DNA from: Deltaproteobacteria bacterium
GTDB taxonomy: Bacteria; Desulfobacterota; DSM-4660; Desulfatiglandales; HGW-15
Length of the DNA: 64,000 nt
Direction: 5' to 3'
NCBI GenBank assembly: GCA_019310485.1
Contig: JAFDEF010000002.1
Coordinates: forward strand, 28,124 to 92,123
The translations under genes were made by a program, and so were the position numbers. Below are positions 35,932 to 43,843 of the stretch, one piece after another. Within the stretch, counting starts at the first letter, position 1. Each line of letters opens with the position of its first letter. Below the pieces are notes generated by a model. The model ran no database searches. It saw nothing but the letters and a program-made list of their open reading frames with translations, and had not been told where the DNA came from.

Positions 35932-35961
35932 TTGACAAAAGGCGCCAGAGTTATAGATAAT
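35932..35961 (+). promoter_or_regulatory. sigma70-like promoter upstream of the J-domain gene
   Basis: TTGACA (35932-35937), 18-nt spacer, GATAAT (35956-35961). Confidence 0.4.
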
Positions 35962-36049
35962 GATTAATATTCTAGGCGTGCATGCAGACGGCCATAGTTG
36001 CAAAAATGGCCATAGATGAATACCCCTATACATGAAGGAGCAAGCGACC

Positions 36050-36451
36050 ATGATGGTCAAAGATTACTATCGAATCCTTGGGGTGAGCAGGGATGCCTCC
36101 GATGAGGAAATCAAAAAGGCATATCGAAGCCTTGCAAAGCAATACCATCCTGATACAAACCACGGAAACCCTGCCAGCGAAGAAAGGCTGAAGGAAATCA
36201 ACGAGGCCTATGACATTCTGGGGGATAAAGAAAAAAGAACGCTTTACGACCTTCAAGTTAGTCGGTCACCAAAATATGAATTTGTACAGGATAGTAGAGT
36301 TGTTAATCACTTATCTGAACTAATTGATCTTTTTTCCAGACTCTCTAGCAGTGGATTTTACAAAGTACGACCTGGTGGATGTAGAAGAAGGGGGTTTGGC
36401 AGGGGCTGCCGTGGCAGGCGCAGATTTTTTTTCGATGATGTGTTTGATTAA
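36050..36451 (+). CDS. J-domain (DnaJ-like) protein with a short Arg/Gly-rich C-terminal tail
   Basis: [39 protein letters not shown] (HPD motif). The tail is [25 protein letters not shown]. No Zn-finger or C-terminal DnaJ domains. GAAGGAG RBS. Confidence 0.85.
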   Translation: MMVKDYYRILGVSRDASDEEIKKAYRSLAKQYHPDTNHGNPASEERLKEINEAYDILGDKEKRTLYDLQVSRSPKYEFVQDSRVVNHLSELIDLFSRLSSSGFYKVRPGGCRRRGFGRGCRGRRRFFFDDVFD

Positions 36452-36457
36452 ATATAA

Positions 36458-36486
36458 CGAGGGCAGGGGTAAAACCCCTGCCCTCG
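36458..36486. terminator. bidirectional GC-rich hairpin between convergent genes
   Basis: Perfect 12-bp stem CGAGGGCAGGGG / CCCCTGCCCTCG with loop TAAAA. A T-rich run follows only on the minus-strand side. Confidence 0.55.
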
Positions 36487-36499
36487 TCACTGTCATTTA

Positions 36500-36886
36500 T
36501 TAGGTTTCGGCTTGCTGTTGTGTTTCGAGCTCCTCAATGCGTTTGCTAATTTCATCCAGGGCGCGTTTCATGTCTTCTGCCTCGGCCTTCAGCATTTCGG
36601 CTTCTTCCGAGGGGCTCATTCCATAGGGACCATAAGGGCTACCATAGGTTGGACCCCAATAGCCTCCTGCCCAGCCTGGAGCGTACGCTCTCCAGCCCCA
36701 GCCTCTGCTATAACCACGGCCCCAGCCGAACCACCCTCGGCCGTAACCGCTGCCTCGGCCATACCAGCCTCCATACCAAGGGCCGTAAGCACCTCTCCAG
36801 GCAGGGTTACAAAGGCCACGGCCTCCTCCTGTCATAGGGCCAGCGCCCCAAGGGCCTGTTCCGTCTAGTCCTGGCATACCAGACAC
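36500..36886 (-). CDS. DUF5320-like protein: Gly/Trp/Tyr/Arg low-complexity core plus an acidic coiled-coil tail
   Basis: 128 aa. The N-terminus is MSGMPGLDGTGPWGAGPMTGGGRGLCNP, the core is a GW/GY/RG repeat region, and the tail is SPSEEAEMLKAEAEDMKRALDEISKRIEELETQQQ. AGGAGGTG RBS. Confidence 0.75.
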   Translation of the reverse strand: MSGMPGLDGTGPWGAGPMTGGGRGLCNPAWRGAYGPWYGGWYGRGSGYGRGWFGWGRGYSRGWGWRAYAPGWAGGYWGPTYGSPYGPYGMSPSEEAEMLKAEAEDMKRALDEISKRIEELETQQQAET

Positions 36887-36907
36887 CTCCTTTCCTCATA
36901 AATTATT

Positions 36908-37126
36908 CTACCAGTAAACAGGGCCATAAGCGGGACCCCAAAACGGGCCTGCCCATCCGGGACCATAGGCCCTCCAGCCCCAGCCTCGGCCATAACCACG
37001 GCCCCAGCCGAACCAGCCTCTGCCAAAGCCTCGACCCCAGCCTCTGCCGTAGCCTCGGCCTCTTCCGAAACCCCAGCCAAACCAGCCTGGGTACCACGGT
37101 CCGTAGAATCCCGGCATTCCAAACAC
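36908..37126 (-). CDS. 72-aa Gly/Trp/Arg/aromatic low-complexity protein (core-only DUF5320 paralog)
   Basis: MFGMPGFYGPWYPGWFGWGFGRGRGYGRGWGRGFGRGWFGWGRGYGRGWGWRAYGPGWAGPFWGPAYGPVYW. AGGAGGTG RBS. It shares a 52-nt, ~92% identical DNA segment with the 128-aa gene. Confidence 0.6.
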   Translation of the reverse strand: MFGMPGFYGPWYPGWFGWGFGRGRGYGRGWGRGFGRGWFGWGRGYGRGWGWRAYGPGWAGPFWGPAYGPVYW

Positions 37127-37164
37127 CTCCTTCCTTCGTCTAGTATTCTCTAAGATATAAAAGG

Positions 37165-37404
37165 TTAAAAGATTCCCCTTCTACCTCTACCAAAGCGACC
37201 CATCATCTTACCTCGGCCTCCTGCCTGGCCTCGTCCTAGGCCCCTTCGCAGGCCCATTCCTCGACCATAACCAGGGAATTGACCAGTTTGTGGCACCTCA
37301 GGGCCATTCATCATACGATTTGGATTACAGTAACCAAGCCCTCTTCCAGTTCCAGGGCCATTTCCCATAGGTCCAGTTCCATCAAAACGTGGCATTCTGC
37401 TCAC
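37165..37404 (-). CDS. 79-aa DUF5320-N-motif protein with an RG-rich tail
   Basis: MSRMPRFDGTGPMGNGPGTGRGLGYCNP... carries the same N-motif as the 128-aa protein. The tail is GLGRGQAGGRGKMMGRFGRGRRGIF. AAGGAGGTG RBS. Confidence 0.6.
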   Translation of the reverse strand: MSRMPRFDGTGPMGNGPGTGRGLGYCNPNRMMNGPEVPQTGQFPGYGRGMGLRRGLGRGQAGGRGKMMGRFGRGRRGIF

Positions 37405-37410
37405 CTCCTT

Positions 37411-37752
37411 TCAAAAAGGGCCTCTACCCCAACCTCGACCTCTTCGCCTGCGGCCTCTGGGCGGAAGCTCAAAATGACCGCCTTCAATCCTCAGAACCCT
37501 TCCCATAACCAATGCCTCAGCCACAATCCTGCGAGCCTCGCCAAGGATTCGACCAAAGGTCTGGCGCGAAACATTCATACGTTCTGCAGCGGTTTCCTGA
37601 TCCAGCCCCTCAAAATCGCTCAATCGAATTGCCTCGAACCCTTCAATTGGAAGCACTATCTCACCACGGCCCCAGGGCGCCAACCTATTGGGTATAAACC
37701 CGGTTACCACCGGCGGGCCTTGAACAAATCTCATTTTTCTTGGTCTAGGCAT
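37411..37752 (-). CDS. DUF134 (UPF0251) putative DNA-binding protein with an RG-rich C-terminal tail
   Basis: MPRPRKMRFV...EAIRLSDFEGLDQETAAERMNVSRQTFGRILGEARRIVAEAL is the canonical DUF134 sigma70-region-4-like HTH. The tail is PPRGRRRRGRGWGRGPF. Confidence 0.8.
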   Translation of the reverse strand: MPRPRKMRFVQGPPVVTGFIPNRLAPWGRGEIVLPIEGFEAIRLSDFEGLDQETAAERMNVSRQTFGRILGEARRIVAEALVMGRVLRIEGGHFELPPRGRRRRGRGWGRGPF

Positions 37753-37786
37753 ATCCTATTTTTCTCCATTTTGAGCTTACGCTCAT

Positions 37787-37814
37787 AATATAAAACCCGC
37801 CATTTCATTGTCAA
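37787..37814 (-). promoter_or_regulatory. near-consensus sigma70 promoter of the DUF134/DUF5320 operon
   Basis: On the minus strand: TTGACA (37814-37809), 16-nt spacer, TATATT (37792-37787), about 35 nt upstream of the DUF134 ATG. Confidence 0.45.
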
Positions 37815-37976
37815 GCATTTTTTGTAAGCATATGCCCAAAAATCTCCTAAGGGCTTCGGTGCCGTGGGTCTTACGGGCATCCCAAATAGAAGCCCCGACT
37901 TCTGTTATAAGCCACCTCCACACCCCCATCTATATGGGCATACCTAAAAGGAGTCCCCACAGAGGGCTCTATAGAT

Positions 37977-38297
37977 TCAGGCCGTCTCCTCTGCGAGCCT
38001 TTTCACCCATTGGGGCACGGTGGCCTCTTCTATGCAATGATAGTCCTTAATATATGGCTTTACATCCACAATAGGGCTGCCGACCAGGGCCTCAAGGCCT
38101 TTTGCTAGGAGCACATTGCCCCTCCGGCGCATAAGCCTAACGGGGGAGAGCAGAATAGGATTTGGTCTCATTGGACTACATGTGGCGAAAATGCCCCTTT
38201 TCGGCATATCTTTGCTACCCATGGCACGAACCTGTAGAATCCCCTTACGCTCTTCAGGGATAAGGTGGGCCCAGTAGAGAACCATGATATGGGAAAA
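37977..38297 (-). pseudogene. TrmO/YaeB-family (TsaA-like) methyltransferase fragment lacking ~50 N-terminal residues
   Basis: FSHIMVLYWAH...RGIFATCSPMRPNPILLSPVRL...LEALVGSPIVDVKPY aligns by eye to E. coli TrmO residues ~55-150. The N-terminal strands are absent, and upstream DNA encodes a PhoU fragment on the other strand. Confidence 0.55.
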
Positions 38298-38330
38298 ATA
38301 TGTCGTGAAGTGGATACGATGAAGCACCGC

Positions 38331-38537
38331 TGTTATGACCTGGTCAAAGAAGCCCTAAAAAAAGAGCCTGACAGGGCAGACTGTCTCATCAATCTGCTTC
38401 TCGTCTCCCGGCACCTGGAACGAATCGCAGACCATGCCACCAATATCGCCGAGGAGGTTATTTATTTGATAGAAGGTGAGATCCATCGGCACAACAGGGA
38501 CACCCTGGATCCGGATCAGGACACATCAGCCCAATAA
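38331..38537 (+). pseudogene. C-terminal fragment of PhoU
   Basis: ..CLINLLLVSRHLERIADHATNIAEEVIYLIEGE is the last PhoU repeat (ERIgDhatNIaE.viY). The first ~150 aa are missing. Confidence 0.6.
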
Positions 38538-38609
38538 AAAGAGGCAAAAGGCAGTGCCCCCTATAACCGGGAACCATGTCAGGAGAGGGCCTCCCATTTC
38601 AGGCAATCG

Positions 38610-38705
38610 GGGAGGCTTTTGTCCTCTCAGGCCTGCCAGGAGATTCTCCGCTGCCCTGAGCCCCATTCTCGTCCTGGTTTCAACGGTTGCACTTCCTAAC
38701 GGATA
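38610..38705 (-). pseudogene. C-terminal ~30-aa fragment of a D-isomer-specific 2-hydroxyacid dehydrogenase
   Basis: ..LGSATVETRTRMGLRAAENLLAGLRGQKPP matches the HIGSAT.e.R..Ma..a..Nl.a.l.G..P tail of glyoxylate/hydroxypyruvate reductases. Nothing else of the enzyme is present. Confidence 0.5.
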
Positions 38706-38825
38706 AGAACTCGCTTTTGTGAGGAAGGGCAAGACGGAATTTTGGCTGGTGTCAAGAAAAAAAGCGGACCACAACATACGGTATAGGCAAAATTGGTGAT
38801 GGCGGTGGGGTGAATGCAGCGGCAT

Positions 38826-38935
38826 TGGCCAGGCGGGCTCCCCACTCGTTCCACCCCAGGAGTTTAATCCCCGCGGCTATGGCCCAGTATGTCAGCGGAG
38901 GCTTGGCAAAGTGAGGCTGGTCGTCGTTAAAGGCG
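38826..38935 (-). pseudogene. ~37-aa N-proximal fragment of a GT39/ArnT-PMT-family glycosyltransferase
   Basis: PAFNDDQPHFAKPPLTYWAIAAGIKLLGWNEWGARL matches the ..G.pyFeKPPL.YW......lfG..e...RL motif of ArnT-like enzymes. It is bounded by an in-frame stop upstream and a junction with unrelated sequence downstream. Confidence 0.45.
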
Positions 38936-38980
38936 GGAAATGAAATTTTCCGATTGATTCAATTATCAGAAGACTAGCGG

Positions 38981-41254
38981 TTAGGGGGGATTGAAGCTCT
39001 GGAGGGCAACAAGAATTTTCTCCTGTGTTATGGGCAACTCTTTCATCCTCACACCCACAGCATCGTAGATAGCATTTGCAATGGCAGATGCCGTACCGAT
39101 CATCGTAGCTTCCCCTATGCCCTTAGCACCAAAGGGACCGGTCGGTTCATGGCTTTCAACAATGACTGCATCTATGCGCGGAATATCGCACGATCTCGGG
39201 ATCCTGTAATCTGCAAAATTGCTGTTCATAACTTTGCCATTTTCTATAACAAGCCCTTCGGTCAGGGCATAGCCGATGCCCATTACCTCTCCTCCTGCTA
39301 TCTGGCCTTCTATGTGGGCCGGGTTAATAGCCTTTCCCACATCAAAAGCCCCTACCAACCTAAGAACCCGAACTCCGCCGGTTTCTGTGTCAACTTCGAC
39401 TTCTGCAAAATGAGCTCCGTAAGTAGGCGGCATGGAGGGGGCCACTCCAGTAGCTGCACCTATTATTTGCTCGCAAAGAGAGAGATCCTCAATTTGAATC
39501 TTTCTCATTAGATCGGCCAGTGAAATGTTTAACGAGGGCCTCTTTGTGTCGTAAATCACACCCTCTCTGATATCCAGCCTGTTTTGCGGGGTGTTAAGAT
39601 GTTTGGATGCAAAAACAAGTACACTCTTTTTTGCTTGAGCCGCAGCCTTTCTTACTGCGATCCCCCCACAATAAGTCTGCCTGCTTCCATGTGTTCCTCC
39701 ATCCAGGGGTGTTGTATCAGTGTCAGTGTCGGAAACCGATATCTTCCTCCAATCAATGCCAAGCTCTTCGGCGGCAATTTGAACAAGCCCTGTCTTGTTG
39801 CCCTGCCCATCGTCCGCGGCAGCGGTTTCAAGGCTGACAGAACCGTCTGCATTAATCAACACAATGGCTGATGCCGGGTCAGGGAGGCCAAAACGGGCGC
39901 CTGTGCCGTGCATAAGGCAAGACATTCCCACCCCCTTCCTTATTTTACCACGCCTGGATGACCTCCTGGACTTCTTCTTCCATCTGATCTTCTCAGCCCC
40001 TTGAAAGAGGCATTCTTTCAAACCGCAGCTCAATATCTTTTCGTTAAATACCGGGTCAATCTCTCCCGCGCCACGATAGTTCTTCAGCCTTAGTTCAATG
40101 GGATCCATGCCAAGCTTTTCAGCTACTATATCCATTTGGGATTCCTGTGCAAAGTTCATTTGGGGATTTCCATATCCCCTGAAGGCGCCGTTCAGAGACT
40201 TATTGGTATAAACGCAGTATCCTTCAAACTTAACATGAGGTATCCGGTACAGCCCTACACCAGTAGAAAGGGCATCTGCAATAACGCCGATGTAATGAGT
40301 GGCATACGCACCCACATCCATTACTATCTTGATGCTGTTGGCTGTGAGGATACCTTCCTTGGTAAATCCGGTTCTAAGTTCAACTAAGAAGGGATGGCGT
40401 CCTTCTGTGGCCTCAAAATCTTCCTTCCTGGTAAAGGACATTTTAACCGGCCTGCCCGCCTTCTTGGAAAGGTGGCAGCACATGAGTTCGAGTCCATGAA
40501 TCAGGCCACATCTCCCGCCGAATGCACCCCCCGTATAAGGCTTAATTATCCGTACGTTGCTGCTTGGAAGACCAAGGGCTCCTGCTAGATACATTCGACT
40601 CCAATGGGGAAGCTGCGTGGAGGAGTAAACACTTAATTTTCCGCTCGGGCTATAGTCGGCGATACAGCTCCCGATCGGTTCAATTGTAGCGTGCTTTTGC
40701 TTTGATGTAACAAACCTATTTTCAATTACAAAATCTGCTTCTCTGAAGCCTTTTTCAATGTCTCCGTATTCTTTCAGCACGTGAAAAGCGATGTTGCCGC
40801 GTTCGTGGATCTTGATAGTTTGATCTTTCATGGATTCAACCGGATCAAAAACAGGGGGCAGTTGCTCGTATTGCACCAGGATCATCGACAGAGCCTCCTC
40901 AGCCGAATCTTCATCCTCAGCAGCCACTCCCAGCACAGGGTCTCCAACAAAGCGCACCACATTGTCCTGCATGAACATCTTTTTCATTCCTTTTTCAGTG
41001 CGAAGGTTCCACCAGTATCCTACCACCTTTGGCACTTCTTCAATAGTGGCAATGGCTTTCACTGCGGGGTGGCTTTTCGCCCTTGAAACGTCTAGTGCTT
41101 TTACTCTTGCATGTGGGTACGGGCTTCTGAGAAGTTTTGCATGGAGCATACCCTCAAGCTTTAGATCCCGACAATACCTGGCCCGGCCCGTGACCTTATC
41201 ATAGGCATCTATACGAGGTACGCTCTTACCTACTACGGAGAATTCATTTTTCAT
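38981..41254 (-). CDS. xanthine dehydrogenase / aldehyde oxidase family molybdopterin-binding large subunit
   Basis: 757 aa with an Ald_Xan_dh a/b-hammerhead N-terminus (GRARYCRDLKLEGMLHAKLLRSPYPHA) and MoCo-binding motifs (GGAFGG, GYGNPQ). Confidence 0.9.
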   Translation of the reverse strand: MKNEFSVVGKSVPRIDAYDKVTGRARYCRDLKLEGMLHAKLLRSPYPHARVKALDVSRAKSHPAVKAIATIEEVPKVVGYWWNLRTEKGMKKMFMQDNVVRFVGDPVLGVAAEDEDSAEEALSMILVQYEQLPPVFDPVESMKDQTIKIHERGNIAFHVLKEYGDIEKGFREADFVIENRFVTSKQKHATIEPIGSCIADYSPSGKLSVYSSTQLPHWSRMYLAGALGLPSSNVRIIKPYTGGAFGGRCGLIHGLELMCCHLSKKAGRPVKMSFTRKEDFEATEGRHPFLVELRTGFTKEGILTANSIKIVMDVGAYATHYIGVIADALSTGVGLYRIPHVKFEGYCVYTNKSLNGAFRGYGNPQMNFAQESQMDIVAEKLGMDPIELRLKNYRGAGEIDPVFNEKILSCGLKECLFQGAEKIRWKKKSRRSSRRGKIRKGVGMSCLMHGTGARFGLPDPASAIVLINADGSVSLETAAADDGQGNKTGLVQIAAEELGIDWRKISVSDTDTDTTPLDGGTHGSRQTYCGGIAVRKAAAQAKKSVLVFASKHLNTPQNRLDIREGVIYDTKRPSLNISLADLMRKIQIEDLSLCEQIIGAATGVAPSMPPTYGAHFAEVEVDTETGGVRVLRLVGAFDVGKAINPAHIEGQIAGGEVMGIGYALTEGLVIENGKVMNSNFADYRIPRSCDIPRIDAVIVESHEPTGPFGAKGIGEATMIGTASAIANAIYDAVGVRMKELPITQEKILVALQSFNPP

Positions 41255-41730
41255 TTCTCGCCTCTCATTCTTCTAGCCGCTTCAAGTATTGCTTTGACGG
41301 GTTTCTCATATCCTGTACACCGACACAGGTTATTGGAAATAGCCCTCCTGACCTTTTCTTCAGATGGGTCGGCATCCTTGTCCAGAAGAGCTTTTGCACT
41401 CATTATCATTCCCGGCGTACAATAACCGCACTGTATGGCGCCCTGTTCCACAAAGCTTTCCTGAAGAGGATGTAGATGAGAACCCTGCTCAAGGCCTTCA
41501 ATTGTCTCTATATCCTTGCCATCCACATGTGCTGCAAGAGTGAGACAGGAAAGAGTGGCGTTTCCTTCAACGAGAACAGTACATGCCCCGCATTCCCCAT
41601 CTCCGCAACCATATTTTGCAGCCAGTAACCCCAACCGCTCCCTCAGAGTATCCAGTAATGTCTCGTGCGCTTCAACCCCGAGTTCCTGCAATTTGCCGTT
41701 CACCTTGATCTTTATATTTACTCTGGCCAT
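41251..41730 (-). CDS. (2Fe-2S)-binding small subunit of the XDH-family enzyme
   Basis: CGDGECGACTV plus C..YC.PG and CRCTGY motifs. The ATG at 41730 (MARVNIKIKVNG) is preferred, though the start is uncertain by 3 codons. Confidence 0.9.
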   Translation of the reverse strand: MARVNIKIKVNGKLQELGVEAHETLLDTLRERLGLLAAKYGCGDGECGACTVLVEGNATLSCLTLAAHVDGKDIETIEGLEQGSHLHPLQESFVEQGAIQCGYCTPGMIMSAKALLDKDADPSEEKVRRAISNNLCRCTGYEKPVKAILEAARRMRGEK

Positions 41731-42596
41731 ATGCCACACCTCCTTGAACTCTCCTCAAGGGCTCTTCTTACAAGCACTGCTGCCATTTTTTTTCTATACC
41801 ATTTTGAGCCGCGCACATCGTCTATCGGATTTACCTCTTCCGATGCTGCACTTGCAGCTTCTTGAATAATGGCTGCATTCGGCCTTTTCTTTCCAAGCAA
41901 TGCCTCAGCCTTCCTGGCATAAATTGGGGTAGGTGCAACAGCTCCAAGAGCTATACTGGCCTTTACGCAGGCCTGTTTTTCGCACGTCATCCTGGCTGCA
42001 ACATTTACAATCGCAATATCTATTGATGTTTGGTGGTGCCTCAGCTTCTGAAATGAAGTTCCGCATCTTCCCCTGCTGGCAGGAATATTTATGCTCAAGA
42101 GTAACTCATCTGCCTGGATATTTTTTCCGCCGATATTTTCAAAGAATTCCCCAATGTTCACCTCCCTTTTTCCAGCCGGCCCCATAATCGTCAGACTTGC
42201 ACCAAGAACCATCAGCGCAAGTGGAAGGTCTGCTGCAGGGGATGCGTTACAAATATTTCCCCCAATTGTAGCCATGTTCCTGATCGTAGGCGTGCCAAGC
42301 GCACACGCGGCATCTCTTAAAACCAGGTAAGGCTCTGAGGATAGAGAGCCGGATACCCCTATGGATCGAACAGTCGTTGCTGCTCCTATCTCTACACCGT
42401 TTTCATGCTCTTTTATATATTCCAAACCCAGATCGGCAATATCTATAAGGCACTCCGCACCTGAAGGCTTTTGGACCAAGAGATCCGTACCACCAGCAAG
42501 GACTTTTGCCCTGTCTCCAAAATTTGAAAGAAGCTCCACGGCCTTGCCCAAGCTACCCGGGCGAAAGTATGCTTTTGGCTTAAAAAAGGGTTTCAT
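41718..42596 (-). CDS. FAD-binding medium subunit (CoxM/XdhB-like) of the XDH-family enzyme
   Basis: 292 aa with AGGTDL and TIGGNI FAD motifs. No Cys-rich insertion. Confidence 0.85.
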   Translation of the reverse strand: MKPFFKPKAYFRPGSLGKAVELLSNFGDRAKVLAGGTDLLVQKPSGAECLIDIADLGLEYIKEHENGVEIGAATTVRSIGVSGSLSSEPYLVLRDAACALGTPTIRNMATIGGNICNASPAADLPLALMVLGASLTIMGPAGKREVNIGEFFENIGGKNIQADELLLSINIPASRGRCGTSFQKLRHHQTSIDIAIVNVAARMTCEKQACVKASIALGAVAPTPIYARKAEALLGKKRPNAAIIQEAASAASEEVNPIDDVRGSKWYRKKMAAVLVRRALEESSRRCGIWPE

Positions 42597-42684
42597 GGGT
42601 TTTCTCCACCTGGCCGCCCCTTGTGATAAATGGACACGAGAGGGTTAAGTGAGAGGGGCTGGATCAAGATACCGGGTGATCGCT

Positions 42685-43491
42685 TTAGTCAGGGGTTATA
42701 ACAGGAACAACATTTGCCTTTACCTCCTTGATCCCCTCAACCCGGTTCAGCAGTTTTACCACTTTCTCTGAGGCAGAAGAATCCCGAATCATCGTTCCTT
42801 TGACATTAACATAGACAACTCCATCTCTGCTGGTAACTTCGGCTGTAGGGAACTCATTTACCAGTGCGGCATGAGCTCTGGCAGCAAGCAAGAGATCACT
42901 GAGGATCTTTTTTGATTCAGGCGTTGTTTGAAAACAGGGGCGCTTGGCCATACCGGCAAGTATTTCCACTGCATCATCTACCCCTAAGTTATCAATGTGC
43001 AAAACAACGTCATAAAGACTGGCATCTGATGTATCTATTCCATAAAGGTAAAGGCCCCATTTGCGCCTTTCCTCATCATCTTTTCTGAGTATGTAACGAG
43101 CTTCTTTCTCCGAGATTTTCTCTCGTTTCATTTCCTCTTTTACCCTGTCTTCCATGTTTGCAATTATTCTCACCTTGAGCACATGGGGAACTCCTTTAAG
43201 GAAGAAATGGCCGGCAAGACCATGGTATATGACATTGTCTTTTGCCACATGCTCTAGCAGTGCTTTGCGGATGTAGCTTATGTATCTTTCTTTTCCATAA
43301 GTAAAGCGCTCTAGCACGGAGGGGGAGTCGTGGAGGGCGCGGATAAGTTTGATTTCCGGAACATTAAAACTTTCTGATGCCTCTATGAGGATGTCCCTGG
43401 ATACACATTGGTATCCCAGGTTCTGGGCAAGTTTCTCAGCAATTTCCTTCCCTTTGCTGTAGGACCCCCTTGAAATTGTTATTATCCCCAT
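42685..43491 (-). CDS. cytidylate-kinase-like family protein with a C-terminal BON-like domain
   Basis: MGIITISRGSYSKGKEIAEKLAQNLGY (degenerate P-loop typical of this family). The C-terminal VTSRDGVVYVNVKGTM...VEGIKEVKANV resembles BON. Confidence 0.6.
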   Translation of the reverse strand: MGIITISRGSYSKGKEIAEKLAQNLGYQCVSRDILIEASESFNVPEIKLIRALHDSPSVLERFTYGKERYISYIRKALLEHVAKDNVIYHGLAGHFFLKGVPHVLKVRIIANMEDRVKEEMKREKISEKEARYILRKDDEERRKWGLYLYGIDTSDASLYDVVLHIDNLGVDDAVEILAGMAKRPCFQTTPESKKILSDLLLAARAHAALVNEFPTAEVTSRDGVVYVNVKGTMIRDSSASEKVVKLLNRVEGIKEVKANVVPVITPD

Positions 43492-43843
43492 TTTGCACCT
43501 CCCATTTGAAAAATAATTGTAACTACCCAACTATTTAGATTTAAGACTGAAAACCGAAGTGTTTTCAATGAGCAAACCAAGGCTGCTTCCCTTTCACCGA
43601 CTTCAAACGCGGGAACATCGAACTTGCCTGTATGGAACCGCGTACAAGCGGATGATTTCGCACCGTTTTTCCTTCGGCCTTCTACCCGCCACTGGATCTG
43701 CGGCCAAGCATTCAGTCTATCCACCTAAGTAGTCACAAATCGCCCCTTTTTAAGGTATGCCATTCCTTGTGCGCCAACAGAAAGCCTTAAGAAATGGCAA
43801 AGACAAACATTCTCGACCTGTTTAGCGCCGCAGAAAGTGTAAG

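Noticed and set aside
36512-37126. Several 60-118-aa ORFs in alternative or antisense frames across the G/W/R genes (36512-36868 +, 36616-36819 -, 36649-36837 +, 36865-37122 -, 36903-37097 -).
   Set aside because: These are a by-product of GC-rich GGN/CGN/TGG codon repeats that leave all frames open. None has an RBS, whereas the three called genes each have AGGAGG-type sites and share conserved N-motifs.
41718-42596. Calling the XDH-family enzyme 4-hydroxybenzoyl-CoA reductase (HcrCAB).
   Set aside because: The FAD subunit is 292 aa and lacks the Cys-rich [4Fe-4S] insertion characteristic of HcrB. Only the generic family assignment is justified.
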